Shown here in pieces: positions 59,033 through 64,000 of a DNA stretch of 64,000 bases. This stretch comes from Promethearchaeota archaeon (GTDB taxonomy: Archaea; Asgardarchaeota; Lokiarchaeia; Sigyniarchaeales; SOKP01). A program made the translations under genes and the position numbers. The stretch spans positions 224,124-288,123 of the forward strand of contig JBHLLT010000001.1 in NCBI GenBank assembly GCA_048938855.1, given 5' to 3'. Each line of letters opens with the position of its first letter. Position 1 is the stretch's first letter. The notes beneath the pieces were generated by a model that worked only from the letters and a program-made list of their open reading frames with translations, did not search any database and had not been told where the DNA came from.

Positions 59033-60433
59033 TTGAAAATAGAAGTTTTTATTATGGACTTTAGCATTATACAAAAAACCCCTTTATACGATTCCTTATC
59101 AGATGTGGGAAAAAGAATGTTCCTTCCAGATGGGATTTTTTATTGGGCAAAACGAGCAAAAGAAGAAGCAGAATTAATAGGAACTCTTGGAGCAGCTTAT
59201 GGATTTGAGAAAGATTTTATTCATGGTGGAAAAAGTGATTGGTTACCATGTTATTTGAAAGAGATTACAGATTATTCAAAACTTACGGTTAAAGATATTG
59301 TTCCATATACATCAATTGGAGGTTTATTTGAAACAAGGGAATTTTGGAAGAATTGGATAATTCGTAAATCCTTATATGGCAATGATGAAGTATCTTTATT
59401 ATCTCGTCTAAAAAAATATATTACCACCCCAGTAATAACGGGAGGGATAACTAATGGCATTTTTCAAGCTTGTTCACTTTTTTTAAATCCAAGAGATTCT
59501 ATTATCGTGCCGAATAAAAGATGGGGAAATTATGATAATATCGTAAATAAATTCATTGGAGCAAAATGTAAATCCTTTGAATTTTTTAAAAATGATAAGA
59601 TAAATATTGAAGGAATAAGAGAGGCGATTGATGTTGTAGCTCAAAGCCAAGAAAAAATCATATTACTCTTGAATTTTCCCAATAATCCAACAGGTTATGT
59701 GCCTACAAAAGAAGAAGGTTCTAATATTGTTGCCTTGTTAAAAGAGAGTCAGTTAATACATCGTAAACCTATTATTGTGCTAGTCGATGACGCATACGAG
59801 CCATATATGTTTAGAGACAATGTATTACAAAGATCAATTTTCTATGATCTGCATCAATTGAATGAAAATATTATTCCAATAAAGCTAGATGGGATAACGA
59901 AAGAACTTCTAGTTTATGGCGGGCGTATTGGATTTATCACATTGGGATTAAAGCCAAGCTGGATAGAAAATGAGGAGGAATTACAAAAATTAAAATCTGA
60001 AATACATAATAAATTTGAAGGCTTTATTCGTGCAACTATATCAAACTCTAATAGTTTTTACCAAGTACTTACCTATAAATTATTCCAAGAAAAGGGAATG
60101 GAACAAATTATAAAATCAAGAAATGAAGTACAAAATTTACTTAAAAAAAGACATGATTGCATTAATTCTGAGCTAAAAAAAATAGAAAATCCAAGTATTA
60201 CGATTGATCCAAATTCAGGAGGATTTTTTGTCTTTTTAAACTTAGATAAAAATAAAATAAAAGCAACAGAATTTGCAGATCACTTATTACAACAATATAA
60301 AGTAGGGATTATACCTATTGAGAAGTTAAATGAAAATGTTAATGGAATTAGAATTGCTTATTGCTCTATAGATTTAAATGAGATACCAGAATTAATAAAA
60401 AGAATCAAATTAGCTTTAAATGATTTTTCTTAG
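59033..60433 (+). CDS. PLP-dependent aminotransferase class I/II
   Basis: NFPNNPTGY, DDAY and DGITKELLVYGGRIGF motifs. Confidence 0.9.
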   Translation: MKIEVFIMDFSIIQKTPLYDSLSDVGKRMFLPDGIFYWAKRAKEEAELIGTLGAAYGFEKDFIHGGKSDWLPCYLKEITDYSKLTVKDIVPYTSIGGLFETREFWKNWIIRKSLYGNDEVSLLSRLKKYITTPVITGGITNGIFQACSLFLNPRDSIIVPNKRWGNYDNIVNKFIGAKCKSFEFFKNDKINIEGIREAIDVVAQSQEKIILLLNFPNNPTGYVPTKEEGSNIVALLKESQLIHRKPIIVLVDDAYEPYMFRDNVLQRSIFYDLHQLNENIIPIKLDGITKELLVYGGRIGFITLGLKPSWIENEEELQKLKSEIHNKFEGFIRATISNSNSFYQVLTYKLFQEKGMEQIIKSRNEVQNLLKKRHDCINSELKKIENPSITIDPNSGGFFVFLNLDKNKIKATEFADHLLQQYKVGIIPIEKLNENVNGIRIAYCSIDLNEIPELIKRIKLALNDFS

Positions 60434-60586
60434 TTGAAATTTGCTTTTTCTTAAGAAAATAATATAATAATATTATCTTAGTTTTTATCAAAATTTTTAT
60501 AAACTGATTTTTATAATGTTATTAAAAAATTAATTTAATTTAAACAAAAATAATTGTTAATTAACTCAATATAAGCAAATTATAAT

Positions 60587-61612
60587 ATGAGCAATATTAA
60601 AATGAGTAAATTATTTTTAATCGATCAAGGAAATTTAAAAGAAATCAATAAACCAATCTTTTCCAGTGGAGATGTTTATCTATTAGACATTGAGAATACA
60701 ATTTTCGTCTGGATAGGTAATAAATGCTCAGTAGATGAGAAAACTGCAGGAGCTGCTCACGCGCGAACACTAGATCAACAACGTGGCGGTGCAGCTAAAA
60801 TTATTACAGTAGATCAAGGCCAAGAATCAAATGAATTTATGAAAGCAATTAGTCCTATGGGGGCGATGAAGATTGTTGAAAAGAATTTTGCTAAAACCCT
60901 ACTTAAAGATGTGACTACTGGTGACTGGGCAGGTTTTACAGAATGGAAAAATGTTCTCTACCGAGTTTCTTCAGAAGAATTCGAAGATATTAATGCTATG
61001 AAAATGATTCAAGTTCCCTTTAAAAAAGATTCATTAGATACAGAAGATTGTTTTGTCGCAGATTTGGGGAATAAAGTCTACATTTGGCAAGGAAAAGCCT
61101 GTACTGTAACTGAAAGAGTTAGAGCAGGACAATGGGCACGAGCTATAGATGTTGACAGAGCGGGATTGCAGCAAGAAACTATCTTTGAAGAGGGGGATGA
61201 TGCTAAGTTTATGGCTGCTTTAGACAGAGGTGAGGATTATAAAGAATCCGATGCTGTCCAACTAAAAGCAGAATCAGTACTAGAAGGTATAGATGAAGAT
61301 GACAAGATTGCTGCAGCAATTCAACCTGAGTTTAAGTCTGAAGTTAGAGATGTGTCACCAAAGGAATTACAAGCGGATATTTCTGAAATAAAGGCTTCTG
61401 GAGCCGCTCCAGGGATTCCTGGTAAAACAGATACCTCTATTTTAACGGTTGAGAAAATGGAAGGTCGCCGTAAATGTCCTGAATGTGGGACAGATGATCC
61501 CCACATGATTCACGAAAGTATTGATAAATCCAATATAGTTTTAGATTATCCACGAATTTATGGCAAAAAATATCTCTGCGGTCAATGTGGCTGCAATTGG
61601 CGCGAGAAATAA
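60587..61612 (+). CDS. Two-domain gelsolin with C-terminal Zn ribbon
   Basis: FSSGDVYLLD..IFVWIG..CSVDEK..QGQESNEF; LDTEDCFVADLGNKVYIWQGKAC; CPEC...CGQC. Confidence 0.88.
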   Translation: MSNIKMSKLFLIDQGNLKEINKPIFSSGDVYLLDIENTIFVWIGNKCSVDEKTAGAAHARTLDQQRGGAAKIITVDQGQESNEFMKAISPMGAMKIVEKNFAKTLLKDVTTGDWAGFTEWKNVLYRVSSEEFEDINAMKMIQVPFKKDSLDTEDCFVADLGNKVYIWQGKACTVTERVRAGQWARAIDVDRAGLQQETIFEEGDDAKFMAALDRGEDYKESDAVQLKAESVLEGIDEDDKIAAAIQPEFKSEVRDVSPKELQADISEIKASGAAPGIPGKTDTSILTVEKMEGRRKCPECGTDDPHMIHESIDKSNIVLDYPRIYGKKYLCGQCGCNWREK

Positions 61613-61709
61613 CCCAAAAAATAAAATAAATGTTTTTTCTTTCCTTTTTTTAAAAAAACTTAGTGTAGATTGAAGTAAAGTAATTCTTTTAAATTAAAAT
61701 CATTCTAAT

Positions 61710-62798
61710 TTAGGGTTTTTGAAGATCTCTGCGCATTAGTTTGATTCTTTTTTTAAGTTCGATTATTTCTTTTTCTTTTTCTTCGAGATCTGATTCTAAT
61801 TTCGATTTTTCATCTTTAATTTTCTGAAGTTCTTCTTTTTGTTTTGTATCACTAGGTTGTTTCAACTGTTCTCTCAATCCTTTTACTTCTTGTGTTTTAT
61901 CATCAAGCATACTTCGCATATTAGCGAGTTCTAATTCGAACTTTCCAGTTATGTTTCCGGCCTTTTTATGCGCTTCTTCCAATTTTTCCTCGTAACGTTC
62001 AAGTAATTCTTGGATAGATATGTTCTTTTGTTTTAATTCTTCGATTTCCATTGCCAAGGTTTTGTTTCTTTCTACTTTCTTTTCGAGATCTTTCTTAACT
62101 AGATTGAATGTTTCTAACTGTTGTTGGAGATCATGAATTTTTTGGTCAGAGTTCTTTAAATCATTTTCAATCTTAAAAATCTCTTTCTCTTTTTCGGTAA
62201 TGATTTCATCCTTTTTTTCTAGAAGAACCTCAACTTTTTCAAATTTAGATTTTTGGATTGTATCATTTTCAAGATACTGTAATTGCTCCTTTAATTCTTT
62301 TACGAGAACTTCTTTATCATCCAATTTTTTTTGCAAATCTTCACTTTTAACTTGATCTGCTTGTAATTCCTCTAATTGAGAGGTTAAATCTTTTATCTTT
62401 TCTTCTTGTTCGCTTGCAGATGTATTGAATTTTGAGGTTTGTTCTTCAAGTGTAGAGGTTAAATTTTCAATTACATCATTTTTATTCTCTATAGTTTCAT
62501 ATAATTTTTGAACAGCTTGATTTTGGGAATCGGAATCTTCTGCTTTTTGAGACAATTCTTGAACTGTCTGTTCTAAATTTTCTATCGTTTCATTTTTTTC
62601 AGTAATTTCGCCAATTAATCTTTTATTTTCTTCCATAAAGAAGTTCAATTGTTCTTTAAGGTTATCATCAGGTTCTGCACTAGGTGGTACTTCATCTTTT
62701 TCTTCTACCCAACCGAGTTGACCTAAAGCCTCTACAATAGATTTATCGTTATCTTCTTCACGATCTTCCTCTGCCATATATTTAAAATCACCTCTCAA
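61710..62798 (-). CDS. Continuous coiled-coil protein
   Basis: About 310 aa of heptad-rich E/K/Q/L sequence with no motor or ATPase head. Confidence 0.8.
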   Translation of the reverse strand: MRGDFKYMAEEDREEDNDKSIVEALGQLGWVEEKDEVPPSAEPDDNLKEQLNFFMEENKRLIGEITEKNETIENLEQTVQELSQKAEDSDSQNQAVQKLYETIENKNDVIENLTSTLEEQTSKFNTSASEQEEKIKDLTSQLEELQADQVKSEDLQKKLDDKEVLVKELKEQLQYLENDTIQKSKFEKVEVLLEKKDEIITEKEKEIFKIENDLKNSDQKIHDLQQQLETFNLVKKDLEKKVERNKTLAMEIEELKQKNISIQELLERYEEKLEEAHKKAGNITGKFELELANMRSMLDDKTQEVKGLREQLKQPSDTKQKEELQKIKDEKSKLESDLEEKEKEIIELKKRIKLMRRDLQKP

Positions 62799-62802
62799 TC
62801 TA

Positions 62803-63312
62803 TTAAATTTTATTATTTTCTATATCTATATAACTTTTCCTACCTTTGCCAAAAACGTATTTTTTATCGAGAAAAAATTTCGTGAGATATCCTATACAAA
62901 GTGCTACAAAAACACTTATCTCAAATGGTGTTTTTAGAAAGTTTCTCAACAAAAATTGAATTCCGACATTTTCTATTGTAGTAAGAATTGCGAAACCGAA
63001 GTATTTTGTGAATTCAATTGAAGTTTGTTTCGATCCAGTACCACTTCTTTTAAATACTATATGTTTATCTAAGAAGAACTTTATAATATATGTAATTCCA
63101 ACTGCTACAATAGAGCCAATTAATTCTGGCATATTATATGGATTAGTGGAACAATAAAATACTTGAAAGAATTCTATTGAGCCTAAACTAGCACATATAA
63201 AAGGGGCGAGAATTTCATTTAATTTTTGAATTAAATAATTAAGACCAATCATAACTGCCGCAAATGTAAAGTAAAGCAGCATTTGTCTTTTTATATCGTT
63301 TTGTTTATCCAT
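62803..63312 (-). CDS. GtrA-family membrane protein
   Basis: KFFLDKHIVF and KFFLDKKYVF duplicated motif; 4 TM. Confidence 0.75.
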   Translation of the reverse strand: MDKQNDIKRQMLLYFTFAAVMIGLNYLIQKLNEILAPFICASLGSIEFFQVFYCSTNPYNMPELIGSIVAVGITYIIKFFLDKHIVFKRSGTGSKQTSIEFTKYFGFAILTTIENVGIQFLLRNFLKTPFEISVFVALCIGYLTKFFLDKKYVFGKGRKSYIDIENNKI

Positions 63313-63325
63313 ATTTTACCACATA

Positions 63326-63619
63326 TTATTTAATATTTAATTTTTCTCCACAATGGTAGCAAAACTGCGCTTTAGGCTCTGTTATTTCTCCTCCACATTT
63401 CTGGCAGTATCTTACTACCCCATGTTTATTGTGGTTATATGATGAAGTTTGAGGAATTTCCTTTTCATAAACTTTATCCTTATTTCTTATAGTGCTAAAA
63501 GAGAATGGTAAAAGACAAATAATTGGAATAAAGAAAAAGTAGTCTATTAATAATGATAAAACTAAGAAAACAATAAAAAGCGCAATGAAAACTAAGTTTA
63601 AAACAATATTTCGATTCAT
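63326..63619 (-). CDS. Small TM protein with C-terminal Zn ribbon
   Basis: YCQKCG...FCYHCGEKL. Confidence 0.75.
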   Translation of the reverse strand: MNRNIVLNLVFIALFIVFLVLSLLIDYFFFIPIICLLPFSFSTIRNKDKVYEKEIPQTSSYNHNKHGVVRYCQKCGGEITEPKAQFCYHCGEKLNIK

Positions 63620-63668
63620 TATTAGCTTAAACTAATTTTATAATAAAAAGGTAATCATAATAGAACCC

Positions 63669-64000
63669 TTATTCTTCAAGACGTTCTTTCCAAGAATCTT
63701 TTCTTGGCTCCTCTGGCGCATTTGAAGAAACATACGATGAGAGTCCTACACCTTGTTGGGGTGAGACAATCCCCATTATTTCTCTCACTTTACTTTGTGT
63801 TTTTCCTCCCATCCCTGTTAGCCGTTTTACTAACCAAATAAAGAAAGAAAAGAAGACCGAGAAGATTAAATAAATTGCGACCCATCCACTCCCGAAGATC
63901 AAGATAGGGAAGGGCAATAATCCACTTGTATAATCAGCATAAATTAGTCCTAACACCATAAAAATTCCAATAAATACGATACATCTCAGACATAAAGGAA
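63669..64000 (-). CDS. Membrane protein, 5'-truncated by the window edge
   Basis: Hydrophobic open frame continuing to the window end. Confidence 0.6.
   Translation of the reverse strand, partial: PLCLRCIVFIGIFMVLGLIYADYTSGLLPFPILIFGSGWVAIYLIFSVFFSFFIWLVKRLTGMGGKTQSKVREIMGIVSPQQGVGLSSYVSSNAPEEPRKDSWKERLEE

Noticed and set aside
61710-62798. SMC or myosin annotation
   Set aside because: No Walker motifs, hinge or motor domain

Overview
AT-rich archaeal chromosomal window, most consistent with an Asgard archaeon of the Lokiarchaeia type (inference from a two-domain gelsolin, eukaryote-style 3' SECIS elements, an archaeal histone, GAGGTG ribosome-binding sites and many Zn-ribbon/TPR proteins). 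It is mostly housekeeping and hypothetical genes; I see no rRNA, CRISPR array, transposase or integrase. Main highlights: (1) An ArsR-divergent locus encoding a SAM-dependent methyltransferase fused in one ORF to an HgcA-type corrinoid/membrane protein (NVWCAA cap helix), followed by an HgcB-type ferredoxin and a DMT transporter. This is a candidate self-contained metal(loid) methylation system. (2) Two tandem selD genes that the ORF track truncates, each with UGA-Sec at codon 18 and its own AUGA/GA SECIS carrying an extra hairpin. (3) A tRNA-Trp(CCA) with three BHB introns. (4) Three tandem membrane-anchored paralogs with a conserved framework and hypervariable Tyr/Trp-rich loops. (5) Several eukaryote-like proteins: IFT52/GIFT-like, MIT-Zn ribbon, HEAT-PCI-Ig, a non-catalytic proteasome beta next to a RING protein, gelsolin and type II PanK. 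(6) Probable non-AUG starts and a frameshifted rps30e. All calls come from reading motifs by eye; no database searches were run.
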